The notes under the pieces are model-generated. The model had not been told where the DNA came from and made no database searches. It was given only the letters and a program-made list of their open reading frames with translations. This document shows, one piece after another, positions 10,371 to 21,172 of a stretch of 64,000 bases of DNA. The DNA is taken from contig KV454015.1 of the NCBI GenBank assembly GCA_001661245.1, forward strand, positions 248,001-312,000. Direction: 5' to 3'. The translations under genes were made by a program, and so were the position numbers. The DNA is from Pachysolen tannophilus NRRL Y-2460. Taxonomy: Eukaryota. Position 1 is the stretch's first letter. Every line of letters begins with the position of its first letter.

Positions 10371-11234
10371 ATGCCTGAATTATTGCTAAATAACTCTTTT
10401 AAGGTGTACAAGTTATTGTCTCCATCATTATCAGTGTCTTTGTCGTCGGTTCTTTCCTCGTCATCATGTATTACGGATTTAAAAAGAATTATAACTAATT
10501 CATTATACGCGGATTATCAATCAAAGAATGGGTTTTTTTATTATAGTGATTCATTATTTGATATGTTTAATGGCAATAGTGATGATCGTAGAGGCAAAAG
10601 CTTGGAATTGAAGGAAATGGATGAGATTGTGGAAATTAAGTTGAAAAAAGAGGTGAAAACAGTACAAGAAAAGAATTATGAATTAAATTATTTAATTATT
10701 AAAAGTAAAAATAAAGATCAAATACCTTTAAAATCTCAAATTTTTATATTTTTCACTGAAATGTCTTCATATTCATCTACAATATTATTGGTAAAAGCAT
10801 TACCAAAATTTAATAGTTTAATGTTAAATTTTTTTATCAATGATAAAGGTTTAATTATTAAAAATTTAAAAATTTCTTCAATTTTTTTAAAAAATTGTTT
10901 AAATATTAATTTTGATAAATTAATAAAATATAATAGTGATTTAGAAATTAGTTTTAATAATTTAAATACTATTAATAATTCTTTACTGAATATTTCAATT
11001 AATTTACTTTCAAAAAATTTGAAAACTTTTAACAAACAAGAAGAAATTATTTTTACAGATGATTTATTTAATACTTTAAATAAATTAACATCAATAGATT
11101 TTAAACAATTAGATATTACCAAAATAAGGTGTAATTTATTTTATTTGATGAGTGATGGAAAATTAAAATTTTTCAGTCATGATACAGAAGATGATGATAA
11201 ATTAATTTGGAGAATTTTAACAAATCTTGGATGA
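10371..11234 (+). CDS. IML3: Probable inner-kinetochore CENP-L/Iml3 homologue
   Basis: 287-aa ORF. Its N-terminal Y.LSP-like and C-terminal (IDF..L.ITKI.C.LF...SDGKLKF) patterns resemble CENP-L. It sits next to AIM3 as in S. cerevisiae. Confidence 0.55.
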   Translation: MPELLLNNSFKVYKLLSPSLSVSLSSVLSSSSCITDLKRIITNSLYADYQSKNGFFYYSDSLFDMFNGNSDDRRGKSLELKEMDEIVEIKLKKEVKTVQEKNYELNYLIIKSKNKDQIPLKSQIFIFFTEMSSYSSTILLVKALPKFNSLMLNFFINDKGLIIKNLKISSIFLKNCLNINFDKLIKYNSDLEISFNNLNTINNSLLNISINLLSKNLKTFNKQEEIIFTDDLFNTLNKLTSIDFKQLDITKIRCNLFYLMSDGKLKFFSHDTEDDDKLIWRILTNLG

Positions 11235-11507
11235 AAATAATATATAAATATATATATATATATGTGTGTATAGAGCTAATGTAAAAATATCATGAAATGT
11301 TGGTAAATATTATATTTTGAAAATATTAAAGAACCCCAAAAGAAAAAAAAAAATAAAAAAAATAAAGAAACCTTTCCGTAAACCTCAAATACCAAATATA
11401 TACAGACATGGCAGAAACTATTACTTCTGGTTGATGCAAGTAGAAGAAGATGTATTGGCGACAGTATTTATAATGATCTATGATCTATGATCTGTGATTA
11501 TAGCAGT

Positions 11508-12293
11508 TTAAGCAGAACTACCATCTTTGTTTAATTTATCAAAATCAAAATCAAAGCTTGCACCACATCCACAACTACTTGTTGTGTATGGACTTTCTGT
11601 AACTTTAAACTGTGAACCTATTAATTCATGAACATAATCAACTTTACTATCTCTTAAAATTTCTAAACTCATTTTATCTATTATAACTCTTGCATTGCCA
11701 TCCCTAACAAACATAGAATCCTCGTTATCATCTTTCAGATCCTTACCAGCATTAAATTCTTTTTCATAATCATCTACAAGTTTTAAATTATATTGAAATC
11801 CATGACATCCACCACTTTCAACTTGTATACGAAGAGCTAATTTAGGATTATTGTCCTTTTCGATAATTTCTTTCAATTTCAGTGATGCATCTTCAGTTAT
11901 ATATAAGAAAAGAGGTAACCCATTATTATCACTAATCAACTGATTAACACATCTAGTCGATAATAAAGAAGCTCCCGATGATGATTTATCCTTTTCTAAA
12001 GGAAATGTAGATTTTTTCGGTAATTTTTCAGCCAGTTTCACAGATGTAGATTCCAAATCTTTTTTTTGCTGTTGTTCTTGTTGCAGAAGTTGTGGCTCTG
12101 CCGATTGTGATGATGATGATGGTGTTATCACTGTAGAATTAAATCTAACTATCAACTCAGATGGAATCCGTAAAGAAATAAACGATTGGGAATACAATAA
12201 CGATGACAACGGGAATGGTGATAACGATAGCACCCGCTTCATATTATACCCATGGAAAGGCCTGATCTGTCTATGAATTAATTTCAATATCAT
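11508..12293 (-). CDS. ISA2: Mitochondrial A-type Fe-S assembly protein (start ATG at 12293 or 12242)
   Basis: Motifs LRIQVESGGCHGFQY, ELIGSQF and SSCGCGASF; basic/Ser-rich presequence. Confidence 0.9.
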   Translation of the reverse strand: MILKLIHRQIRPFHGYNMKRVLSLSPFPLSSLLYSQSFISLRIPSELIVRFNSTVITPSSSSQSAEPQLLQQEQQQKKDLESTSVKLAEKLPKKSTFPLEKDKSSSGASLLSTRCVNQLISDNNGLPLFLYITEDASLKLKEIIEKDNNPKLALRIQVESGGCHGFQYNLKLVDDYEKEFNAGKDLKDDNEDSMFVRDGNARVIIDKMSLEILRDSKVDYVHELIGSQFKVTESPYTTSSCGCGASFDFDFDKLNKDGSSA

Positions 12294-12593
12294 TATTCTT
12301 AATTCTTTAATTTCAAATACCTTCGAAACAATATTCAATATTCAATATCGGAATATAACTTGCTTTTTTTTTTTAATTCTATTTATATTTAAAGTAATGG
12401 TTTAATCATTACTAATGTTCTATCTCTGTATGGACAGTTAAAATACAAACCAAAAAAGAAAAAAAAGAAAAAAAAAAATTTGAAAATGAACTGAATTGAT
12501 ATATAATACACGACCGAATAATAGCAGCTTTAATAAGAAGAAGAATAGTTCCATGCTAATTAGATGCTATACAAAGATGTTATAAGAGATAGA

Positions 12594-14102
12594 TCAGTTT
12601 CTGTTGACCAAGTAGGTGAACAAGTAGCTGAAAAGACTTCCAAATGCCAAACCTATGCTGAGGAAAACAGTTGTAAATCCGCCTGCGGCTTTTTGTTCAT
12701 TTTCACCATCGACAAATCTGCTAACGTTCATGAAACTTGAAGAGCATAATTGACCATTTGTTAACCCGAATAAGAATTGTAATAGGATGTAAATGACATC
12801 TGACTGTATAATTGCGTGACTTTTGTTGTTTTTGAAGTTACACATGAAAAAGAAAGGTATGAATATCAATCTCAAGATTGATAATATGATTAATTTTCTT
12901 GGAGATGCTATTATGAAAAAACTCCATGCACAAAGTAATCTTGCTAGTAAATCTCCAACACTCCATATTAAGAATGCTAAAGGAGTGAAAATGTTTTTAT
13001 TGATATTGTTTACTGATTCCACTGATGATGCAAAGACTGGGAAAATTAAAGTTATGGAAAAAGTGAAAAAAATAGTTAGTGCAATTAACTTCAATTTCGA
13101 CCACAAGTATCTAAAAGGTACATGTTGTTGTTGTTGTTCTAAGTTCTCTCCAGGTTCTAATTGTGGTTGTAGTTGTAGTTGTGCTTGGTCTTGGTCTTGT
13201 GCTTGTGCTTGATTGGTTACAGTTTGGTTTAACATCTTTGCGGCTTCATGTTCTTCACTATTATCCCACATTGAAATTGGCTCAAAAGAAGTTTCTTCTT
13301 CTTCTTTGATTTCATCTAAATAATCAACTAACCATATTAAAAATAATGATAATGCACTTACAAAACATGATGTTAAAAAATAAATCATAGCACCATAATT
13401 TTTATCAACATTTTCCTTTTCCTTATCTTTAATTGGAGTCTTATTAGCAGCCAAAACTGAAATAATCATTGTGAACGATGGTAATACTCCTGAAAAAGCT
13501 TGTCCAACCATAACACCATTAGCGAAAATTGGTCCCAATATATTTACTAATGCCATTACTCCATTTTGAGAAATAGCAGTTGCTGAACTATTTAAAAAGA
13601 CAGAAATCATAACAAATATAAAATAAATAATATAATTCACTTGTGTGAATATAACACATGACATCCCCAATATTGCAAATACAATTATAATTAAAATTTG
13701 TCCCATTTTTACTCTATATTTATAATCAACTCCATGTTGTCTTTGAGATAATATATAACTACAACATGTTGAAGTTAATGTAGATATAGTCATCATAGTT
13801 GAAGAATAATTATTCGACAACTTGGAATTAGGTACAAACCTTTGATCAAAATATTCAGAAGCTGCTAAATAACAATTCCATGGCCACAATAAAGCAACTC
13901 CTAATACTAAAAATGTAAAATATCTTAATTCTGTTAATGTAACTTTAACTTTCCTTACTTGAAATATCACCTTCTCACTCCTGCCACTACCATTAATATT
14001 AGTATCACTATTACTTATTGACTGATTTTCTTCAAAATCATTTGTATCCAGATCCAGATCCAGATCTATCATATGAATATCCACTTGATCACTTCTAGAC
14101 AT
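12594..14102 (-). CDS. FUN26: Equilibrative nucleoside transporter
   Basis: Motifs LG.ALLWPWN, GQAFSGVLPS, TL.FP and FGLTNG; about 11 hydrophobic segments. Confidence 0.88.
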   Translation of the reverse strand: MSRSDQVDIHMIDLDLDLDTNDFEENQSISNSDTNINGSGRSEKVIFQVRKVKVTLTELRYFTFLVLGVALLWPWNCYLAASEYFDQRFVPNSKLSNNYSSTMMTISTLTSTCCSYILSQRQHGVDYKYRVKMGQILIIIVFAILGMSCVIFTQVNYIIYFIFVMISVFLNSSATAISQNGVMALVNILGPIFANGVMVGQAFSGVLPSFTMIISVLAANKTPIKDKEKENVDKNYGAMIYFLTSCFVSALSLFLIWLVDYLDEIKEEEETSFEPISMWDNSEEHEAAKMLNQTVTNQAQAQDQDQAQLQLQPQLEPGENLEQQQQHVPFRYLWSKLKLIALTIFFTFSITLIFPVFASSVESVNNINKNIFTPLAFLIWSVGDLLARLLCAWSFFIIASPRKLIILSILRLIFIPFFFMCNFKNNKSHAIIQSDVIYILLQFLFGLTNGQLCSSSFMNVSRFVDGENEQKAAGGFTTVFLSIGLAFGSLFSYLFTYLVNRN

Positions 14103-14429
14103 CTTATACCTCTAACATATATTTATATTTATATATATATAAATTTATTAATTATATTTGAATTTAGCGCTATATAACTTTTTTAAACCTTTGATTGTCG
14201 TGGCCTGGCGCTTATCGCTCTTTACTCAAAAAAGAAAAAAGAAAAAAAAAATTTTTTTTTTTTTCTCATAATAAAAACTAAAAGTCGTGTTATTTTCTAC
14301 AAATATATACGAATATGGTAATAAATACCCGGTCTCCCCAAAAGGTAAGAAAAAAAACAGTTTTTTTTATGTCTGCGAGTGTATGTACCCCTTTTTTTAG
14401 GGGTGTGTTAGAGTTGAGGTTTAAGTAAT

Positions 14430-15508
14430 TTACCAACCTCTAGTTGATAATTTTTCAAAATTTTTCAAGCTATCAACAGTGATACCTTGCATACTTTCAC
14501 CTAGGTCTTTTGAATACTCTAAGATTTTCTTTGGGTCATTGTAGTGGGTTACCGAATTGACTATTGCTCTTGCAATTTTTTCTGGGTTTGCACTTTTAAA
14601 AATACCAGAACCAACAAATACACCATCACAACCCATTTGCATACAAAGAGCTGCATCTGCTGGAGTTGCAATTCCACCTGCAGCAAAGTTTACTACTGGT
14701 AATTTCCCCTTATTATCGATAAGATCTTGTAATAATTTAAAAGGAACTCTTAATTCATTTGCATATTCTTGAATTTCACTTGGTGTTTTCAAAGATAAAG
14801 CTATTTCAATATCTTGTTTAATAATATTGATATGATTAACAGCTTCAGAGATATCACCAGTTCCAGCTTCACCTTTTGTTCTAATCATTGCAGCACCTTC
14901 ATTTATACGTCTTAAAGCTTCTCCTAAATTTCTCAGACCGCAAACAAATGGAATTTTGAAATCATTTTTCGCAATATGATTGATCTTATCTGCAGGAGTT
15001 AAAACTTCAGATTCATCAATATAATCAACTTCTAAAGCTTCTAATATTTCAGCCTCAACAAAATGACCAATTCTACATTTTGCCATAACTGGAATTGAAA
15101 CACTGAAAAAATTATTAATTATATTAGTAATTGAAACTTTTTTTTTCAGTTATCACAATTAAATCGCATACATATCATGCATACAAATTGAATATATTTA
15201 ATTTTATTTACTTACGCATTCATAATATCTTCAATAAATTTTGGATCAGACATTCTAGATACACCACCGTATTTCCTAATATCAGAAGGAACTCTTTCTA
15301 AAGCCATAACAGCACATGCACCTGCTCTTTCAGCGATTAATGCTTGCTCGACATTTACAACACTAAAAACATAATTAGTAAATCTGAAATATATATATAT
15401 ATATATATATATTGGGGTGTTTTAAAATACTTACTCCATTATAACACCACCTTTAAGCATTTGGGCTAAACCAGCTTTTAATTGAAAAGTATTTTGAACT
15501 TCAGACAT
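14430..15508 (-). CDS. SNZ1: Pyridoxal 5'-phosphate synthase subunit Pdx1/Snz. Exons 15508-15435, 15362-15216 and 15102-14430 (297 aa).
   Basis: The spliced product reads [28 protein letters not shown]...[13 protein letters not shown]...[14 protein letters not shown]. Both introns have GTAAGT donors, TACTAAT branch points and YAG acceptors. Confidence 0.95.
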
Positions 15509-15658
15509 TTTTTTTTTTGAAAAATTATAAAAATTACTACTACTACTATAATTCAAAAAATTTAAAAGAATAATTTTCTTCAATAACACACTTTTTCAAA
15601 GCTATTTATATTAAATTTCAAATCAATTTCTTGAATATTGCGGGAATTGAAAAAAATT

Positions 15659-15665
15659 TGAGTCA
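15659..15665. promoter_or_regulatory. Gcn4/AP-1 site TGAGTCA in the SNZ1-SNO1 divergent promoter
   Basis: Perfect consensus match; SNZ1 and SNO1 are known Gcn4 targets in S. cerevisiae. Confidence 0.6.
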
Positions 15666-16046
15666 TCATTGGTATTAGCCGCCAAAAGAATTGAATAAAA
15701 AAAACAAAAAACTCGTTGAATCCATTTATCTTTGCTTATAATTGATTAAAACATACCATAATGCTTCCGGTTTGACAAGTCAAATATCGGATTTAAAAGT
15801 GCAACTTGCCAAACTAAATTCATCTCGCCCAGTCTGTCAAATCCGATATATACTTTTCTATCTTTCATATCCAATTTTTCAAAATTGCGGAATTTGACCA
15901 TATCATATCAAACATTGAATATTTATAGGTCAATATATATATATATATATATTATATATCTGTTTATGTGTTTATGTGTTCATCTGAGTAGTATTTCTTT
16001 TCTGTGATTTTTGTTTTGTACCAGATTTGTTTTTTTTTTTGTAATA

Positions 16047-16808
16047 ATGAAACAAAAAATTAAATTGGGGGTTTTAGCGATACAAGGTGCTTTTAAAGAA
16101 CACATTCACCATTTTGAAAAAATTATTGAGAAAGAACAATATCAAGATTATGAGATTGAAGTAGTTGAAATTAGTCAACTGGACCAATTAATCTCATGTA
16201 ATGCTTTAGTTATTCCTGGAGGTGAAAGTACTTCCATATCGATAACCGCTGAGAGAATAGGTTTATTAGAACCATTACGAGATTTTATTAGAAAAGGTAA
16301 ACCAGTCTGGGGTACTTGTGCTGGATTAATTTTACTTGCTTCAAAGATAACTAATGCTTCTCTGGGACAAAAATTAATTGGTGGATTAGATATTGAAGTT
16401 CAAAGAAATGCTTTTGGAAGACAATTGAATTCTTTTGCAATTCCCAAGGTGGATTTTAGTTCTTTTATTCCAGGTTGTAAAGATTTCCAACACGCTGTTT
16501 TCATTAGAGCACCTGTTGTTACAGCTATAAATATCTTTAATAATACTACAGATTCTTTTATTAAAAATAATGATAATAATGATAAATATTTTAATAATCA
16601 ATCAGTAGTTTATGCACCATCATATGCATACAATTTTGAAGAAAAAAAACCTCAAGTGGAAATATTATCAAGACTTGATGAATCTCATAAAAATTTAATT
16701 GTCGCTGTAAGACAAGGTCAAATCTTAGGAACAGCTTTTCACCCAGAATTATCAAAAGATTCTAGGTTTCATCAATGGTTCTTGGAAGAATTTGTATTGA
16801 AATTGTAG
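16047..16808 (+). CDS. SNO1: PLP synthase glutaminase subunit Pdx2/Sno
   Basis: Motifs GVLAIQGAF.EH, IPGGEST, WGTCAGLI, RNAFGRQ, FIRAP and AFHPEL; divergent from SNZ1. Confidence 0.95.
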   Translation: MKQKIKLGVLAIQGAFKEHIHHFEKIIEKEQYQDYEIEVVEISQLDQLISCNALVIPGGESTSISITAERIGLLEPLRDFIRKGKPVWGTCAGLILLASKITNASLGQKLIGGLDIEVQRNAFGRQLNSFAIPKVDFSSFIPGCKDFQHAVFIRAPVVTAINIFNNTTDSFIKNNDNNDKYFNNQSVVYAPSYAYNFEEKKPQVEILSRLDESHKNLIVAVRQGQILGTAFHPELSKDSRFHQWFLEEFVLKL

Positions 16809-16927
16809 TGTAAACATTTATTTTTTTATATATATATTTATTTATAAATTTTAAATAGATAAAAGATAAGTTAATTTTATTATATTAAAATTTGTAATTT
16901 TTTTTTTTTTTGGAGGAGGTTTAAAAG

Positions 16928-18030
16928 ATGTTGAAGGCTAGTGTATTTAATGGCTTTAATGGATCTAACGAATCCAATGGAATGAATGGATCGAATGGAT
17001 CCAACAAAGGTTTGAATAATTCCATAGTTGTAGTAGACTCCGAATTAAGTTTTTGTAATTCGTATCAGTTGGCAATCAAGAATTATTTAAATAAGAATTT
17101 TCATCATTCATGGAACTTGATCCTTCCTTTAATTAATGAGGTATTACAAGGAAGAAAACTTATAGGCAATAGGGATCTAGCTATTGGATGTTTTAAATTA
17201 TATTTTAGTTTGGTTGATTTATTTTTGAAAAAACCAGAATTGTTTAATCTACCTCGTTCTGAAAGGGTTATAATTGAAAAAGAATTTAAAAATGGGTTAT
17301 TGGTAAATCAATTATTAGTAATTTCAGGAAATGATTATGGGAAAATTGATAGTGAATTATTTTTCATTGCTTCATTGATTGAATTTGGAAATGAATTTGA
17401 AATAACAAAATTGGAATTACAACTTGAAAATTATTTAAGATCAAATGATTACTTAACAAGTGGTGGATTTGAAAATGATAATAAGAATTTAAGAAAAATC
17501 TTGTCTCTTTATTTATTCAAAGTATTACCGAAAAATCATAATTTTGAAAAATCACAAGAATTGATTGAGAAAATATACATTAGAGATGACATTAAAATAT
17601 CACAGAAACTTGCAAAATTGAAACAAGTGAAGACAAATTTACAAAAAATAGAAGAAGCCAACAAGATGGAAAAGGTGAAAAAGGAAGCCGAAAGGCAAAG
17701 ACTTGCCAAGAAAAAAAAAGAAGAGGAAGAAGAAGAAAAAGAAAAAGAAAAGAAAACAAGACAATTAACAACAATCAAAGAAGTACAACATCAACAACCA
17801 CAACGACAACCACAGAAATCGCTGCCCGCACATAGCAAAGAGACTACAACACTTTTTTTGCTCAAAAATCTAAGGAAAATATTACTCACTTTTAAAACCA
17901 AAAAAATTCTTCTTTATCTCTTTATGTTGATAAGCCTATTACTTTCTTTAAGAAAATACAAGAAAACTACAGGGAAAATACTGCAAATGGTAACAAACAC
18001 GCTAAGTATGGCTTTCAAAGTCTCTTATTT

Positions 18031-18034
<4 letters not shown>
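16928..18034 (+). CDS. Tail-anchored peroxin, Pex15/Pex26-like
   Basis: Helical body, charged linker, single C-terminal TM and basic tail ending MAFKVSYL, which resembles fungal Pex26 ends. It neighbours TPD3/NTG, matching the yeast PEX15 neighbourhood. Confidence 0.6.

Positions 18035-18069
<35 letters not shown>
18030..18069. repeat. (ATAG)n microsatellite overlapping the stop codon
   Basis: About 10 tandem ATAG units, seen directly. Confidence 0.9.
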
Positions 18070-18203
18070 CCTATATACATAAACGTGTTGTTCTAATATC
18101 ATCTTGTAGCCATCACGCTTTCGCCATCAAATCATGGGCAATCGAACCATGATCCATCTCCTCCTGGTGATTATCTACACCAATAACCATAATAAGTAAT
18201 ATA

Positions 18204-18248
18204 TTTCCGTTTTAGGAAACTGTTTAAGCAATTCTCCGAATTAGGAAA
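18204..18248. promoter_or_regulatory. Pair of Mcm1/ECB-like sites
   Basis: TTTCCGTTTTAGGAAA (18204-18219) and TCTCCGAATTAGGAAA (18233-18248). Confidence 0.45.
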
Positions 18249-18805
18249 CTCTGTGTTTTTTGTTTTCTAATAGCGGTTTGAAATAGAAGTTATGGAAGAC
18301 AAAAGGTTTAAATATATTAGACATTTATTAAAATATATAACCATTGGTTCATTTGAATTTATAAAGTGAATATATTCAAAATATTGATTGAATTGATCCA
18401 TAATTCTATTGGTTTGTTGATTCTTTATTGATCTATTTGGTTGAAAGTATTTTATTTCGGCGAAAAACTGAATAAAAAAAAAAACTAAATAAATTGATTT
18501 GAAGAATTGGGAAACAAACACATTGAAAAAATTTGAAGGACGATTTGTTGATTATAAAGTTTTTTAATTGATTTTTTTCCTTTTTCCATTTGGTATTATT
18601 CTCTTTTCTTTTAATCAGAGAGAGCGCTATAGATAAATTGAAAATATATCTTAAATTTAAAGGGAATCAAATTTTCAATTTGTTGTAATCTTTTTCAAAG
18701 TATTTTCACAATAGCGATATACAATACAAATAGAAATACGAAAAAAATATTTAAAAAAAAATTAAATTAAATTAAATTAAATTAAAATAAAATAAAATAA
18801 AATAA

Positions 18806-18836
<31 letters not shown>

Positions 18837-18911
18837 GTTAAACCCCCATTTATTCATTTATTCTTCTCATTAGTATATTAGCATATTATAAAAATTTGAA
18901 AAGAGAAAAAA

Positions 18912-20762
18912 ATGACTACACCAGAGACGAATTCAGATGAGCTTTTGCCGATTGCTTTATTGATGGACGAATTGAAACATGATGATGTTGGTAGTAGAGT
19001 TCAAGCAATGAAGAGATTAGATACCATTGCTTTGGCACTTAATCCGGAAAGAACAAGAAGTGAGCTTTTACCATTTTTACAAGATGTTGTTCAAGATGAT
19101 GAGGATGAAGTTATAACAGTTATTGCTGAAGAATTGCTGAAATTTGTTCAATACGTTGGAGGACCAGCTTATGCTACTGAATTAATACCTGTATTGGAAA
19201 ACATAACGTACAATGAAGAACCAATAGTTAGAGATAAGGCAATCCACTCATTAAATGTAATTAGTAAATCGTTTGATGATGATCAGATTAATTCGGATTT
19301 TTTACCTTTAATTGAAAGGTTATCTGAACATAAATGGTTTTCTCATAGAGTAGCTTCAACTGGGTTATTTGAAAGTGTTATATTACGGGTTAATTCAGAT
19401 TTACGTAAAAAATTATTAGGGTTATATTTAAAGTTAGTTGAAGATGATACTCCAATGGTCAGAAGAGCTGCTGCAAAACATTTACCAAAAATTATTGATT
19501 TATTAACTGAAAAATTTAAAGAAAATAATATTGAAGAATTTAATTATGATATTATATCTACAATGTTCCAATCGTTATTAAATGATAACCAGGATTCAGT
19601 CAAGTTTTTATCTGTGGATGTCTTGATATCAATTTTAAAACATTTCAAATTAAATGGTGATGTTTCTCATGAACAAGAATTGTTTAATAGTGTCTTAATA
19701 TTAATTCATGATGAAAGTTGGAGAGTTCGTTATATGGTTGCTGATAGATTCGAGCAATTAGTTTCAAGTTTTAATGACCCTCCATCTGATATTATAAGGT
19801 TAATCCCTGAAATCACTTCTTTAATGAAGGATAATGAAGGTGAAGTTAGAAAAGCAATCTCAAAACAATTACCTGGATTCTGTAAGTTAATCAAAAATTC
19901 AGATGTTTTGTTAAATGATGTTATCCCATGTGTTGAAAGTTTGAGTAATGATGAAAATGAGGTTGTTAGAAGTGCTTTAGCAAGTGAAATTACCGGATTA
20001 GCACCAATTTTAGGTAAAGATTTAACAATTGAATATTTATTACCAACTTTTTTAAACATGTTAAAAGATGAATTTCCAGAAGTTAGATTAAATATTATTT
20101 CAAACTTACAAATAGTTAATCAAGTTATTGGCATACAGTTATTATCTAAATCTTTGCTTCCTGCAATAACAGAATTAGCACAAGACAAACAATGGAGAGT
20201 AAGATTGGCAATCATAGAGCAAATTCCATTATTAGCAGAACAATTGGGAGTTTCATTCTTTGATGAAGAATTGGGTGAATTGTGCATGTCTTGGTTATGG
20301 GATCCAGTCTATTCTATTAGAAATGCTGCTGTAGTTAATTTGGAAAAATTGACTGTGATTTTTGGATCCGGTTGGGCAAAACTGGAATTAATTGATAGAA
20401 TCTTGAGTGACAAGATAGATATTTCAAATTTCATAGTCAGAATCACCTCAGTTTTTGCCTTGACAAATTTAGTACCTGTTGTTGATGAAAATTTGGTGAT
20501 CAACGATATATTACCATTTATCTTGAATTTGAGTGAAGATAAAGTTCCAAACATAAGGTTTAACGTCGCAAAATCATTACAAGAAATTGTAAAAGCGTTA
20601 GCTAAAAATCAAAATAGTGCTAATAAAGATGAACACTTGGATATTATTAAATCAAAAATTATTCCAACTTTAGAGATTTTTAGTAAAGACGAGGATGTTG
20701 ATGTAAGATTTTATGCTGAAAAGAGCATTGAAAGCGTCAAGAAAATTGTAGAAAGCTTTTAA
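18912..20762 (+). CDS. TPD3: PP2A scaffold (A) subunit, HEAT repeats
   Basis: Motifs PIALLMDELKHDD, DDTPMVRRAAA, SWRVRYMVA, WRVRLAIIE and VPNIRFNVAK. Confidence 0.97.
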   Translation: MTTPETNSDELLPIALLMDELKHDDVGSRVQAMKRLDTIALALNPERTRSELLPFLQDVVQDDEDEVITVIAEELLKFVQYVGGPAYATELIPVLENITYNEEPIVRDKAIHSLNVISKSFDDDQINSDFLPLIERLSEHKWFSHRVASTGLFESVILRVNSDLRKKLLGLYLKLVEDDTPMVRRAAAKHLPKIIDLLTEKFKENNIEEFNYDIISTMFQSLLNDNQDSVKFLSVDVLISILKHFKLNGDVSHEQELFNSVLILIHDESWRVRYMVADRFEQLVSSFNDPPSDIIRLIPEITSLMKDNEGEVRKAISKQLPGFCKLIKNSDVLLNDVIPCVESLSNDENEVVRSALASEITGLAPILGKDLTIEYLLPTFLNMLKDEFPEVRLNIISNLQIVNQVIGIQLLSKSLLPAITELAQDKQWRVRLAIIEQIPLLAEQLGVSFFDEELGELCMSWLWDPVYSIRNAAVVNLEKLTVIFGSGWAKLELIDRILSDKIDISNFIVRITSVFALTNLVPVVDENLVINDILPFILNLSEDKVPNIRFNVAKSLQEIVKALAKNQNSANKDEHLDIIKSKIIPTLEIFSKDEDVDVRFYAEKSIESVKKIVESF

Positions 20763-20789
20763 GAAAATGCAAATCATAAATATTTTTTA

Positions 20790-20821
<32 letters not shown>

Positions 20822-21172
20822 TATTTATATTAACTTTTTTTCTTTTCAATTTTTTATTTTCTTTGATTTTAGTTTTTAGTTTAGTGAATGTTTGCTTTTG
20901 TCTTTTGTTATCAAATCATTTTAAACTCTATATCAAGTTATTAGATCAATGGAATTTTTTACTTAACCTTTTTAATTATGGTCCATATTGTTTTTTAACC
21001 TCTAGTTTTTTCATTTTATTTTATCAGACCCCATTTTTCATTAATAATAATGATAAAACGAATTGTTATAGTTATAAAAAAAAAGTAACTTTATATAATT
21101 TGTAAATCTATCGCAAGAAAGACAATCTTCAACCCTACAAAAAAAAAAAAAAAAAAGATATATATATATATA

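Noticed and set aside
18135..18150. GGTTCGATTGCC as a tRNA T-loop/B box on the - strand
   Set aside because: Imperfect B box, and no cloverleaf could be built.
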